A stretch of 63,983 nt of DNA, the filler included, from Hausera hauseri (taxonomy: Eukaryota): assembly GCA_046269625.1 (NCBI GenBank). It is 13 parts of 13 records of this genome, joined end to end, with 100 filler letters (N's around TTAATTAATTAA, not from the genome) between each part and the next. Parts side by side here need not be neighbours in the genome. Positions count along the whole stretch, not along the records: positions 25,785 to 32,081 come from JBJURY010116098.1; positions 32,182 to 36,928 come from JBJURY010451246.1; positions 37,029 to 41,870 come from JBJURY010417033.1; 10 more parts are not named here. One strand, 5' to 3'. The notes beneath the pieces were generated by a model. It had not been told where the DNA came from. It saw nothing but the letters and a program-made list of their open reading frames with translations, and searched no databases. Positions 26,790 through 39,264 of the stretch are shown here, piece after piece (position 1 is the stretch's first letter; each line of letters begins with the position of its first letter). The position numbers and the translations under genes are program-made.

Positions 26790-26894
26790 TATGGAAACAG
26801 TGTTTATACTATAGCTATTTATATATGCGTGTGTAACACGATTACAAACAAATTATGTGGTGAGAAAAGGTTGTAGTATTACTATTATTATTAG

Positions 26895-27520
26895 ATGAAG
26901 TTGCAGAATGATGCCATTTTCCAGATTGTATGCCCCAGTGGAAGTGTGTAAATTATTGCAGAACTACCGTGACATGTTCCATTCAGCAATATACAATCAC
27001 ATACTGGCATCAGGGTGTTGGTGATGATGGTGAGTGCGGTCTGACAAATCGGGAATTTTGCAAATTGAAATCGATAACGGTAATTGATGTGTTTGATGAG
27101 AACTGGTCTGAAAGATTATGCAAAGGTGACGTTATTGTCATTGACGATTTATTTCAGGAAGCCGCGAAATAATCGGACTTCAACAACCTATTCACGAAGA
27201 TCGCACGTCAACGTGGTGTGACTGTTACTTTCATTACGCAAAACATGTTCCATCAGGGCAGACAGCATCGAACAAGAAATCTAAACGTACACTGTTTGGT
27301 GTTGTTCAAAAATTCCCGTGATCAAACTATCATTATGTTGCAAGACAAGTATTTCCTCACAATCGAGCCTACTTTATAGATGCATATCATGATGCTACGA
27401 CCGAGCCACATGAATACTTGTTCATCGACTTTACACAACAGTGTCCCGATGACGTGTACAAACAGACATTTTCAATCAGAAAGGTGCTGTATGTGTCTAA
27501 ACATTCAAAAATCGACGACA
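26895..27520 (+). pseudogene. A32/FtsK-like packaging ATPase (Walker A deleted in this copy)
   Basis: VIVIDDL, LFTKIARQRGVTVTFITQNMF, RTRNLN..LFKNSRD, EPHEYLFIDF. Confidence 0.85.
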
Positions 27521-27753
27521 TGATTATGATAAAAATGAAGAATTTCCAAAAAACCATTGTTAAACGTAAACCTACTACCAAGCGGGTGTCCAGCGGCAAG
27601 AAACGTGTATCAAAACGAACCACCGCTACAGTCAAAAGGTTAATCAATTCTGTGTTTCACCGAACAACAGCAGCAAGATGCAAATTACCATCACACTGGC
27701 AACGGTTAAACAACTACGTCTCATCAGAAGCATCAATACGTCCACAAAAAACC

Positions 27754-28075
27754 ATGCGATTCAAACGTAGTCAGCCATACTTTATTGCTTTGCTCAAGGC
27801 ACCTACGAGACATAAGCGAAACATGCTGCGGTCATTCCCACAATTTGTAGTAGACGATTTGATAAAAATTTTATACATTATCGTTGTGTCAGGTTGACAT
27901 TGGTAGTGCAAAGCGGAATTTATTAAAGTATCGAAAACGACTAATTGGCCTTGCCAACTCCCGTAGTAAACGACTAAAACGAGAGGTCATGTAGTGGCAA
28001 GACGGCGGACGCCTTGGTGCAATTCTACCGATTGTTACGTCATTATTGGGTAGGCTCATTGGTGGAAAAGTTTAG
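27754..28075 (+). pseudogene. Small basic Maverick virion-type protein ending QDGG-hydrophobic helix
   Basis: ..KREVM*WQDGGRLGAILPIVTSLLG; homolog at 52110-52440. Confidence 0.5.
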
Positions 28076-28184
28076 TATAAACGATGAAGGTAAGTATAAG
28101 GTTATTTGCTATATGGTGCATGGTTCTCATCTTTCTGTCCCAGTTTATCGAATCTTTCATTTACGTTTCGTTCAAATTGTTGTA

Positions 28185-29241
28185 ATGCAAGCAAAACCGA
28201 CACCATCGACGGCAAAGATGGGCGATGTGTGGTTCGACCCGCGTCATCCGGTCGGGTATACTGCTGTCGACAAACTGGCAAAGACTGTCAAACAGACTCA
28301 GCGACAAACCCAACGTCGGCTCGGGAAACAGTTACCATACAGCCTAAACAAGCCGATAAGGCGATTTCCAACTCGTGCATACCGTGTTGCCGGTGTAAAT
28401 AACGTATGGCAAATGGATCTAATGGAAATGATTCCGTATGCCAGCATCAACGATGGGAATCGCTACGTGCTGACATGCATTGATGTGCTTATTTGTTTTG
28501 CACGTGCAATTGCCGTGAAATCTAAATCCGGGAGAGATTGCCGACGCTGTTCAGACACTAATACAACAACAGCCACCGAAGCATTTACAAAGAAATTTGA
28601 ATAAGGAATTCTACAACTCCCACGTTGAAGCGGTCTTGAAACGGTTCGGCGTAAAACACTACTCGGTGTTTTCCCAATACAAGGCTGCACTCGTTGAACG
28701 ATTTAATCTAACATTGCGCGGTCACCTAAACAAATTCTTTACGAAGCAAAGCAACAAGCACTTGGTCGATGTACTGCCGGATATTATTCATGCATACAAT
28801 CATTCAACATATCGTGGCATCAATGAATTACGGCCGGTTGACGTAATCGATGATATGGACATGTGGCTTTATCAAAACCGAACACAACGACAAACAATTA
28901 AACGCCCAAAATATAAAATCGGTGATTATGGACGTATAACAAAAATATGTACGACACCATTCATTAAGAATTTCAATCAGAACTGGAGCGATGAGGTTTT
29001 CCGCATTTCAGCAATCAACACAAAACAAACACCTGTCATGTACGCTTTAGAGGATGAAAACGGTGAGGAAATATGCGGTAAATTCTACGAACAGGAATTG
29101 CAAGTACTGCCCTAAAAACCCGATGTATATCGTATTCAGGAAATTCTACGTTCACGCGGCAAAGGTTTGAATAAACAATATTTCATCAAGTGGAACTGAT
29201 ACACTACACCGAGTTGGATGTTTGCATCGCAGATTGAGTGA
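28185..29241 (+). pseudogene. Maverick retroviral-like integrase with C-terminal chromodomain
   Basis: WQMDLMEM, YVLTCID, KEFYN, KAALVERFN, NWSDEVF, GKFYEQEL, YRIQEILR..YFIKW..SW. Confidence 0.9.
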
Positions 29242-30297
29242 TGAGCATTTATTTGAAACTTAATAGTAAGTGATTATCAGAACATGACAACAATACCGCT
29301 GAACGGTTTACCATGACGTTGGACCCGCCGCTCGACTTACGCCACGGAGTCTGGGAAGTGGCTTTAGCGGAATTCACGTTTACATTTTCATTAATAACTA
29401 CGTGAGAACAGTGGAATATACTATACCCTAGTAAGACAATCTCCTGCATCTAGTCGTTTGCAGTTAGTCCAAGACTCTAATGGAACATTTTACGTTCGCA
29501 ATTACAAGCGGCAATATTTCCCGGTTTATTTTTCATTTAAACAATCGATTGGTGCTAAAACACAAACATACGATTGAATTGCAATTTAAATCACTAGCCG
29601 ACTCTCAGGCATTGGGTTTTCAATCATCTGCCAATATGCGGTCAAAAGGTCTACAACTCGGTGGACATTGTATAATTAGTGAAAAATTGAACGTTTCCCA
29701 AAAACACCATGAAAACCACCGATATTACAGTGAAATGGCAAAAGACTGAATCATTTTTTACTCTCATACAACAGGAATGGGTTTTCTTACGGAAATGAAA
29801 ACATAATTGTGTACAACTATCAAGGCAGTAGCTAAATTGGCTCTCGAGACATTTGAATTAAACTCTGATGGTCGTATTTCGTTTACACTACACGATAATG
29901 TTACATATTTTGCCTATGATGAACTATTGGCAAGGAATCTGGGTTTTAAGAAACGAGAATTCGGTCAAACCGGCGCCGGACTGCCCATAGTTGCTAAAAA
30001 AACCGTCTCTACGAAACATTTCATCGAATCAATATTTTAACGATCTAACCGAACCCGTATGTCGGCAGGCACAAAAAACAACTATCGGCTTCTATTGGAC
30101 TGGATCCGGACACGTACAAAACACCGGGCGAAACTGCTCATGTAAATATCATCCGGCCCATGAATTTATCGTTGTCTCACAATGTTCTGCACAGTATTTC
30201 CATGCATATAGTAGACGAATTTTGGAAACCCATTAAATTTCTGTTTAGATCAACGACACATTTGACGTTACATTTTCGACGTCGTCAACGTCGATAA
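29241..30297 (+). pseudogene. Minor capsid protein (penton-like), copy 1
   Basis: MSIYL..PPLDL..WEVALAEF; C-terminal LTLHFRRR. Confidence 0.7.
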
Positions 30298-30336
30298 TAA
30301 ACAAACTACGTCATCATCACCATCATCATCGAGATC

Positions 30337-31396
30337 ATGAGTATTTACATGGTGTTACCGAGCAACAGTTGTCCGACTACTCGTTCGAACAATTCCGCTA
30401 GTGAATACGTTGCAGATTGGAACAATCCTTTGGATTTATTTACTGGACAATGGGAGGTTGCACTGACGGAATTTAACTTTCCCTACGCAACGGTAACATT
30501 AAAAGATAGTATGAAAATAACGTACAACAAAACTGTTACAGAAACCAAAACACATTCGTGTCCTCTGACACTTACTAACAATAAAATAACAATTGGAGAA
30601 TCGGGCATTTGCACGACAGAAGCAAATTACGGTATATTCGGCAAGATCGGTGTTTTTATTATAAATCCAAACTTACATTTTATGGAAGATTTTGAATTTA
30701 CCGTTACCTTTGAGTCCTCTGAGATGACTCAGAAATTTGGATTCAAAAATATAAGGTACAAAGATAAAGATATTAAAAGTGAATATGCAGTTGCTCCTGT
30801 GTATTACCAGACAACGGTGAAATTTACCTACACAACAGAAAAGGTGTCGACGTCATACGTATCGAATGGAGACCATGTCTATTTTGAATCTGTAGCACAT
30901 CTCTGTTAACACTTCTTTAAGTGAAAAGTACAAGGCGATATTTACAGTTTCCGAGTCAGATGCAAATGGGTACATTAAATTCGAACTGGCTAAGGATATT
31001 GTTGACATTTCATTGGACAAAGCTTTGGCCATGGTATTGGGTTTTGAAAAGCACCGGCTTGAGACATCATATACGAAGACAGGGGCGGAGATGGCAAATG
31101 TTGCAACACTCAAACCCAAACTAAAAACGGGACTAAGTCAAATGTACATTTACGTGAATGTCACCGAACCGATTTTGGTCGGTGGAGTACGTGTACCGCT
31201 ACTCTGTACAATTTATCCGGAAAGCAGCAAATATACTGCCGGCGACAATGTCATTGTCAATCTCGATAATCCAATGTATCTGCCTGTGGCATCCACATCT
31301 ATAATCAATGTTGAAGTAAATATCCAATGTGACGCGGGCTACCTTATTGAATTTCCGTACTGTACCACAACCAGTATCACTCTTCATTTCCGTTAA
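30337..31396 (+). pseudogene. Minor capsid protein (penton-like), copy 2
   Basis: YMVLPSNS..WEVALTEF; MYIYVNVTEPILVGGVRVPLL; NPMYLPV; ITLHFR. Confidence 0.85.
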
Positions 31397-31403
31397 ATAC
31401 AGC

Positions 31404-31769
31404 ATGATTGACTCTGAAATCGTTTCCATTTACAGTAAGCCTCAGCAGGGTGGATAACTGTCGTATTTCGTTGGTAAACAGTATGGCTCCGGATGGTTAC
31501 GTACATTAGCACATTTAGCAATTCCGGTGTTGAAGTGTGTCGGTGCCATGGCAGCAAAAACAGCACAGGACGTACTATATGAAAACAACTCGATTTTACC
31601 ATCACTGAAGAAACATGCATTGTCCGAAATAAAAAGCGGTGCACCGGGAGTCGTTGAATCAGTCAAAAAACAATTCGTTGGCAGTGCCTTGATGATGAGA
31701 AAACGCCGTAGAGCATCATCGAGTTCAACAGCTATAAACAAACGTCGTCGTCGTACGATTTTCGATTGA
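31404..31769 (+). pseudogene. Small pVI-like virion protein
   Basis: QQGG and QYGSG sites, amphipathic GWLRTLAHLAIPVLK, basic tail KRRRRTIFD. Confidence 0.55.
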
Positions 31770-31784
31770 TTGACAGATAGACAA

Positions 31785-32081
31785 ATGGCATCTGCAAAAT
31801 ATGAATTGTGTACACTGGACAAAGGCGCACCACAAGTTGTTATTGACAATACGGCATTTGAAGAAATCTACCCCGTTGATTCGGTTTCAACGGATGATAA
31901 CATTAACATTCAATTCAACATTATGGCATCGGACAATGATATCTGGATTTGAACGATACGCTACTCTATGTAAAAAAAAACTGTTCAAAAAGATGCATTA
32001 ACAATTCTCGCTGCAACAGACACTGTCACACCGGCCAATTACTTTTTCCTCACACTGTTCCAGGAGGCTTCACTGACTCTG
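31785..32081 (+). pseudogene. Maverick major capsid protein N-terminus
   Basis: FEEIYP..IQFNI..LNDTLLYVK; matches 34312-35535. Confidence 0.8.
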
Positions 32082-32181
32082 NNNNNNNNNNNNNNNNNNN
32101 NNNNNNNNNNNNNNNNNNNNNNNNNTTAATTAATTAANNNNNNNNNNNNNNNNNNNNNNNNNNNNNNNNNNNNNNNNNNNN

Positions 32182-32760
32182 ATCTCGATCAAAGTGTATT
32201 TCGTTATCTATTCGGTTTCTCTGATCATTTCTGCGGTTATCATTTTTACGTGAATCAAAATTTTTCTGATCATTTTCAAAAAATCGATTAACGTTTTTCT
32301 GTCCTTTTGGTGCGGCAAATGATTCTATCATTTGGGCCTATTTACGGCATCAACAAAGTCACTAGGATATTTTGCCTGTACTTTATATTTCAATTTTGTA
32401 CTTAGTCCGTTCAAAAATTGAGTGAGCAATAATATGTCGGTATTTAATTATTTTTTCATAAAATTTCTTTTTTCTTTTTTCTACATCTAGTCGGACTGCT
32501 TCGACGTATTGGGAGACAATTTGTCATAGAGCATAGGCATATAGGGTGGCAGATTCATTATATTGCTGATGTCTGTTTTGTAACTTAATCAATTGTTGGT
32601 GTGGGGATAAGGTAGGATAGAACTTGTCAATAAAGGCAGTCTGTACGTTATGCAATTTGTCCTTTTCTTCATCTGTCAATTCATTGTAAGCCTCAGCTGC
32701 CATGTCTGTGAGGAACAATGGTAGTCGTCTGGCCATCTCGTTCTCTTATAAACCCATAGC
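32182..32760 (-). pseudogene. gag: Gypsy gag remnant
   Basis: RRLPLFLTDMAAEAY..F..QQYNESATLYA; QFLNGL. Confidence 0.65.
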
Positions 32761-33310
32761 TATAAGTAGGGGGGAGTGAGCGCTCCACCGCACTTCTCTG
32801 ATTGATCAGTCGACCAATTTTCTCCACATGATTGGCTATTTCGAGCATTTCGAAAATTTTCTCACAACCCCTCCCCGCGGGGACACGCTTTGGACATCGA
32901 ACCGACTCAAATCGGTAGAGCTCGACAATCTTAACAAAATTTAATAGCGGTGCGGCTTACAGAAATGTAAGAGAGAGGCGCTAGAACAGGAAGAATCAAA
33001 ACAGGAAATGCTAACGTGTAACGTGAAACATGGTGGTAGCATGGAGACAATGTATACAAAGGATAAATCGATGTTGGCGAATCCAATGGACATGGTTGCA
33101 ACTTAATCAGACAATGGGAACATGGGGAAAAATCTATGGGTAAATTTCAAACTAGGAAAATTTCCCCTTACACAAGTCAAACGGTGATGGAAATGGGTTG
33201 AGCATATAGCCCATCAGTAGTTCTGCTAGGGAAAAAAAAGAGTTCTGGACCAAAGGGGGGTCCATCCACGCACCAATTGATTAATCACAAGCGGCTCGCA
33301 TGCTGATTCG

Positions 33311-33671
33311 TCAATTCGACAACGGCGAGTTCATTGGTGCGGTTGGTTTTTGCGTGTCGCAAAAGACAAATCCAAGAAAAATGCAAAAGAACAAAACGAA
33401 CTTTTTGCAGCAGCAAAATGTGAGCAGAAGTGGATAAGAGAAAGTATAGAGTAGAGTATGGGCGTTCTAATGATGTGTGAAACATTGGGTTCGCATGTTT
33501 GGGAAAAGTGGAAAAGTCGGTCAAAGAGAGAAAAAGGTGGCGCCAATGAAAACGCAGGTGAATTTCAATGGATTCATTAATGTTAGCGCCGGTAGGTGAA
33601 TGGTTTGTGTTCAAATCGACAACGGCAAGTTCAGTGGTGCGGTCGGTTTAGCTTGTCGCAGAAGATAAAGC
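33311..33671 (+). repeat. Imperfect direct repeat of about 60 bp, two copies 300 bp apart
   Basis: tcaattcgacaacggcgagttcattggtgcggttggttt (33311) vs tcaaatcgacaacggcaagttcagtggtgcggtcggttt (33611). Confidence 0.8.
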
Positions 33672-33890
33672 CGGGATACGACGAGTTGACACGTGCAATG
33701 GTAAGGCGTAACGTTAAACAAGTGTTCGTTACGCACCAGACATGCCTGCATGCAAAACGAAATAATGAGTTGTGACGTAAAGCGTCTGTTTGTGCGTGTA
33801 GCAAAGGGACGTAGAAGTGATGGCAATAATAACGCATGTATAACAAAATACTGTATTTTTCTCAAAATGAACACAAAGTACAATCATTGT

Positions 33891-34200
33891 TCATCCAAGT
33901 ATCTGTAATGTTGGCCACAGTAAGCAGTAATGTCCACACAATACGGTCAGTGGATGTTGATAATGAAATAGATTGTATTCAACACGATATGACGCTGGTG
34001 ATTGTCTTTCAATTTGAGAAACTAACGATGACGGGTAGTAAAATCCGAGTGGATCGAATACTCTGACGACGTTGGTCAGATGGACGTACACAGCAATCCA
34101 ATGTTCACCTGGCAACAATGAAGTTTGTGTATTGACAATAAAGCCGCCAGTCTGTCGTAAATCACACCACGAAATTTCGCACCCAAGTTCAGTTTTCCGT
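33891..34200 (-). pseudogene. Adenain-type cysteine protease of Maverick
   Basis: VNT..PGEHWIAVY, FDPLG, YQHPLTVLCGHYC. Confidence 0.88.
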
Positions 34201-34311
34201 ACTGACTGCGCTCAGTGGAGCTAAATGTAAAAGAATGTAATAGTAATCAAAATAAATTTCTTCATAGCACCACGACGGCGAAGAAGAAGAAGAGGTGCGG
34301 ATTTTATTTAT

Positions 34312-35535
34312 TTATGCAATGACGGTTCCGTATTTCATTATTTCAACCTCGGCATCAAATACACCGTAAATGTACATCACGGTAAACTGCTCCAACGCTT
34401 TAGCAAAGTGACCCTCCAGTCTCTGTTTTCACTGGTGAGATAGTTGAGTCTGTTCAACGTCATAATTTTCAGCTAGTACAAAGGTGAAGAATGGATAGGT
34501 GGATTTGAAAAAATCCACCGATATGCTATTGTTGATATTTTTGTTCAATGAACCCATGTTGCGCACGATAGATTGCATATATGTGCAAACATAATCGCCG
34601 GTCTCGAAATCCTGCTAGTATGTCTCAACGAAATTCGCATTCGACCCAAACCGATGTAATTTACATTGATATGGGTAAACTTTTCCGAATCGGTGGTATA
34701 ACTTCCCGTTTGTTGAGCAGTCGTTTGAAATGTAACGAACACAAATTTTGGCAATCGCATGTCGCCAAACAGTGCATCTTTGTAAAATGTAGTTGAACCT
34801 TTTGGTATAGTGTAAATCACGAGTTCTATGCGTTGTAATGGGTAACAGGCATTTTGTTTTTTCCAAGCCCAATTGATGTCCCATGGGCACAGATTGTTCT
34901 ACCTTTACACGACGTACGTATAATCGTGCCCCGGTAATTTTCAGAATGGGTTTGAGATTTGCAACTGCAGTTTTCAAACATAAGACATTGTCGCTGAGTT
35001 TGAGTCGAATCATGGATTTAACACCAGGCAGCAGGTATTTCGGCTGATCGAAAAAGTCAAAGTACAGGGGTCCACACATCGTAAGTGCTTTTGATTCTGC
35101 CACCCATGCCTGACGGTTTGCAGCTGTGGCGTCATATCCGATGGTTTTCGTCAAATGAGTCGTTTTCGTGTCTGTACTGTAATTCAGAGCCGTTTCAGTG
35201 AGTGCTTTGATACTGAATAAACTGGTGTTGTCTTCAATTTTGAAGCTGTTTAGAGTCATTGAAGCCTCCTGGAAAAATGTGAGGAAAAGGTAGTTGGCCG
35301 GTGTGACAGTGTCTGTTGCAGCGAGAACCGTTGATGCATCCTTTCTAACAATGACTTTTACATAGAGTATCGTGTCGTTCAAATTGAGATATTCATTGTC
35401 TGATCCCATAATGTTAAATTGAATGTCAATGTTATCGTCCGTTGAAACAGAATCTTCTTCAAATTCTGCATCGTCAATAACAACTTATGGCGCGCCTTTG
35501 TCAAATATACACTATTCATATTTTGCAGAAGCCAT
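34312..35535 (-). pseudogene. Maverick major capsid protein (double jelly-roll, PY)
   Basis: GPLYFDFFDQPKYLLPGV, ARLYVRRVKV, RLPKFVFV, C-terminal YIYGVFDAEVEI. Confidence 0.85.
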
Positions 35536-35541
35536 TTAGTA

Positions 35542-36928
35542 TCAATCAATCGAAAATCGTACGACGACGACATTTGTTTATAGCAGAAAAGTAGCTGATC
35601 TACTACGTTTTTGTTTTCTCAAGCCACTGCCAGCGAATTGTTTTTTGACTGATTCAACGACTTTCGGTACAGTAGTTTTTATTTCTGACAAGGCGTGTTC
35701 CTTCAATGATGGTAAAATCGATTTGTTTTTATATATTACATCTTGTACTATTTTTGCTGCCACGGCTCTAATACGCTTCAACACCGGAAATTCTAAGTGA
35801 GTCAGTGTACGCAACCATCCAGAGCAATACTGTTTACCAACGAAATACGGCAGTTCACCGCCATACTAGGGTTTAGTGTAAATGAAAACGATGTCAGAAT
35901 CAATCAAGTTGTTCGTTTCGACGGAAATGAAGATTCAGACTGGTTGTGGTACCGTACAGAAATTCAATAAGGTAGCCCGGGTCACATATGATATTGACTT
36001 CAACATTGTTTATAGATGTAGTTGCCACAGGTAGGTACATTGGATTATCGAACTTGACAGTGACATTGTCGCCAGGAGTATACTTGCTGCTTTAAGGATA
36101 AATTACACGCAGTAGCGATACGCGTATTCCACCAACCAAAATCGGTTCGGTGACGTTCACGGAAATGTACATTTTACTTAGTCCAGTTTTCAGTTTGGGT
36201 TTAAGTGTTGCAACATGTGCAGCCGTCTTCGTATTCGACGCCTCAATCCGCCGTTTTTCAAAACCCAATACCATGGATAAAACTTTGTCCATTGAAATGT
36301 TGAAAATATCCTTAGCCAGTTCAAATTTAATGTACCCATTTTCACCTGACTCAAAAACTTTAAATACCTCCTTGTACTTTTGATTTGAAGAAAAGTGTTG
36401 ATAGAGATGTGCTACAAATTTGCAATAGACATTGATTCCAATCTATCCGTATGCTGTATAGGTAAATTTCAGCGTTGTCTGCTAATATACGGGATTTAAT
36501 CTGCGAACAACTGCATATTCACTTTTAATATGTTTACCATTGTACTCTGTATTTTTGAGTCAAAATTGATGCGCCATATCAGAGGACTCAAAAGTGACAG
36601 CAAATTTAAAATCTGCCATAAAATGTAAGTTTTCCCCTAAAATAAAAACACTGATCTTGCCGTATAAACCGTAATTTTTACTGGTCGTGCCAATGGGCGA
36701 TTCTCCAACTATTATTTTATTGTCAGTAAGTGTCAGAGGACAAAAATGCGTTTTGGTTTCAGTAACAATCTTTTTGTACCTTATCTTCATACTATCTTTC
36801 AATGTCACTGGTGCGTAGGGAAAGTTAGATTGCGCCAGTGCAACCTCCAATTTTCCAGATAAATACAAAGGATTGTTCCAATCTACAACGTATTCACTAG
36901 CTGAATTGTTCGGAAGAGTCGTCGGACA
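35542..36928 (-). pseudogene. Maverick pVI-like gene and minor capsid copy 2 (second element copy)
   Basis: Colinear homology with 30337-31769. Confidence 0.8.
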
Positions 36929-37988
36929 NNNNNNNNNNNNNNNNNNNNNNNNNNNNNNNNNNNNNNNNNNNNTTAATTAATTAANNNNNNNNNNNNNNNN
37001 NNNNNNNNNNNNNNNNNNNNNNNNNNNNCTGACATCCTTAAATCTTTTAAATCGTGCAAAACCATCGACGGTGTGGCCTTTGACACCTCCAAACCTAATA
37101 ATCCTTTCTGAATCGCTTCAAAAAGAGGCATTCAACAACATCCATTCGTTGCACCATCCTGGTGCCAAGGCCACTTTTCAACTCTTACAACGCCAAGTAG
37201 TATGGCCGTCGATGCGCTCTGACGTGCAGGCATGGGTCAGGCAGTGTGTGGCATGCCAAAAATACAAAGTTACTAAGCATTTAAAGCCACCACTCTATCA
37301 TTTTCCCTGCACGTCTCGTTTTGAATCCGTTTACATTGACCTTGTAGGCCCACTACCCTTAGACAACGGCCATCAGTTCATCCTCACAATGATGGACAGT
37401 TCCTCGCGATGGACAGAGGCTGTCCCGCTTCGGAGCACCAATACAAACAATCGCAGACGTTTTCATCCGCACTTGGATCAGCAGGTTTCGATCACCTCGC
37501 CACATCATTTCGGACCAACGTCCACAGTTCGAATCCAACCTGTTTAAAGCTCTTGTCAATGGATTGGGAATTAACCACATTCACGTCACTATATCATACC
37601 CAATCGAATGGCCTTGAACGCTTTCACCGAACGATAAAAACGTCTCTCAAAATCCTTGCTGAGTCTAATCGCAGTTGGACTACACTGCTTCTGTACGTTC
37701 TGCTTGGCTGGCGGAATACACCATCTACTTCTACAGGCTGTTCACCTGCAGAAGCATTATTTGGCACTTCCATCAAACAATTATTCGAGCTGACTGAGCT
37801 GGACACTATTCCTACAGATGAAACCATGCAAGCGGCACAGACACTTCGTTGAAATCAGCAGACTCATTTTGTAGACTATTACACGGAAATAAACCTTACA
37901 TACCCGACGATGTATATACTGTAAAGTTCGTTTGGTTAGAATCAGACGCAGTGTGGTTTTCAACCTCAGTATGTCTGCCCGTACAAAG

Positions 37989-39264
37989 TGTAGTGCCCAC
38001 ATTCACCCAATAGGTGATGTTAAAAAAAATTTTTATTGAATTTTTAAATAGACTATTCGAAAGAAATTTTTTCTAAAACAATTCTAATTCTGAGATACAT
38101 GTCGGAGTCAATTTATTTTCGTCTATTCTTCAAACAATTTAGCAATGACAATGGGGAAATAAGTCCCGATGCTCTTTAGGCATTGTCCAAATGCTATCCG
38201 GACGTTGATAATGATAAAATAATGAGGGTCTAGAAAAATTGGCAAGCCAATCCACAAATCTGGAATTTCAAAGCCATTCAATCGATAGTTATTCTAAATA
38301 ACAAGTTTACTGCGCCAAAAACAGATGATTCAATTGTTCGGAGTAAACAATCAGTGACGATAAATCTGACGAACAAAACATCATTATTCACGTCTGATGA
38401 ACCAAAGAAATTGAAGATTTCGTTTGTACAAAGAAACTCCTTGTCAAAGAAATGCGTTGCTTCGCTCATTATTTTTCAGCGGAAAGTGAGTCATATGAAG
38501 ATGTTGGCATATCAGTCCATTGTGATATCAATATATTTGACTGGCTCATGAAGTGTTAGAAGAGAACAGTTGTCAGAATGCGACAGAGTATCAGTTTCAT
38601 CATTAAAACCAAGTAATGTTTCGATATTAATATCATCCGACTTTTTAAAAATGGATACTTTGGTTGATGATTGCATCGAATACATTCATTCGAATATAAA
38701 TGATCTGCTGTCGACATCGTACAACATAAATTGTGTAAATTCTTCGCTTATCGAAAAGATTGCAGAACGATTCACTGATTTAGAAATAGATGCCATTGTC
38801 GACGAAAAAGATAAAATAAGAAATAAATTATTTCGAATCAAAATGGGGCAGCTAAAGTCTGATAATATTCCTGGTGATTTGTACGTCATTACTGAATATC
38901 CCGAAGATGGACACTATATTACAATCACTGATCCATCAAGTGATACTATTTTTGAACGATTAGGTAGCATTGGCGACAAAATTCAAATTGAAATTATGGG
39001 CAATTCAGTGGAATATAAAATTGAGGGTCTTAATGTTGATAAAACTTGTCGACAAACCCGTGTACTTTCATAATTCTCATACGGCTAAGTCCAACGAAAC
39101 GTTCAATGGTCAACCGGTCCAATATATAATGGCAAACGATAGCATCGGGCCGAACGTAAAACAATCTGATGGTGGCGGTAATGAAGAATATGCCGTAGTT
39201 GAAAGAACCGTGTTAATCGATTCAAGGAATAAACAAATGGCTTCACTAACTGAAAAACCTCACA
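37989..39264 (+). mobile_element. 1276-bp solo-LTR-like insertion (TGTAGTGCCCA..CCTCACA) with 5-bp TSD CAAAG, filled with host gene fragments
   Basis: CAAAG at 37984-37988 and 39265-39269; TG..CA termini; start resembles LTR start TGTGGTGCCCA at 40302. Confidence 0.85.
38080..38845 (+). pseudogene. SANBR: SANBR/KIAA1841 (SANT-BTB, DUF3342) fragment, apparently intronless
   Basis: IIHV..EDFVCTKKLLVKEMRCFAHY..VGISVHCDINIFDWLM; LKPSNVSILISSDFLKMDTLVDDCIEY..NINCVN..DEKDKIRNKLF. Confidence 0.85.

Larger units (their letters stand above)
25785..32081. mobile_element. Maverick/Polinton fragment (TBP-like | ATPase, small ORFs, INT, mCP1, mCP2, pVI-like, MCP)
   Basis: Co-located packaging ATPase, c-integrase and capsid motifs; homologous to contigs 7, 11 and 12. 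Confidence 0.92.

Noticed and set aside
32752-33141. ACCCATAG..CTATGGGT as MITE terminal inverted repeats
   Set aside because: Only 8 bp, no convincing TSD, and the left copy reads as gag coding sequence.
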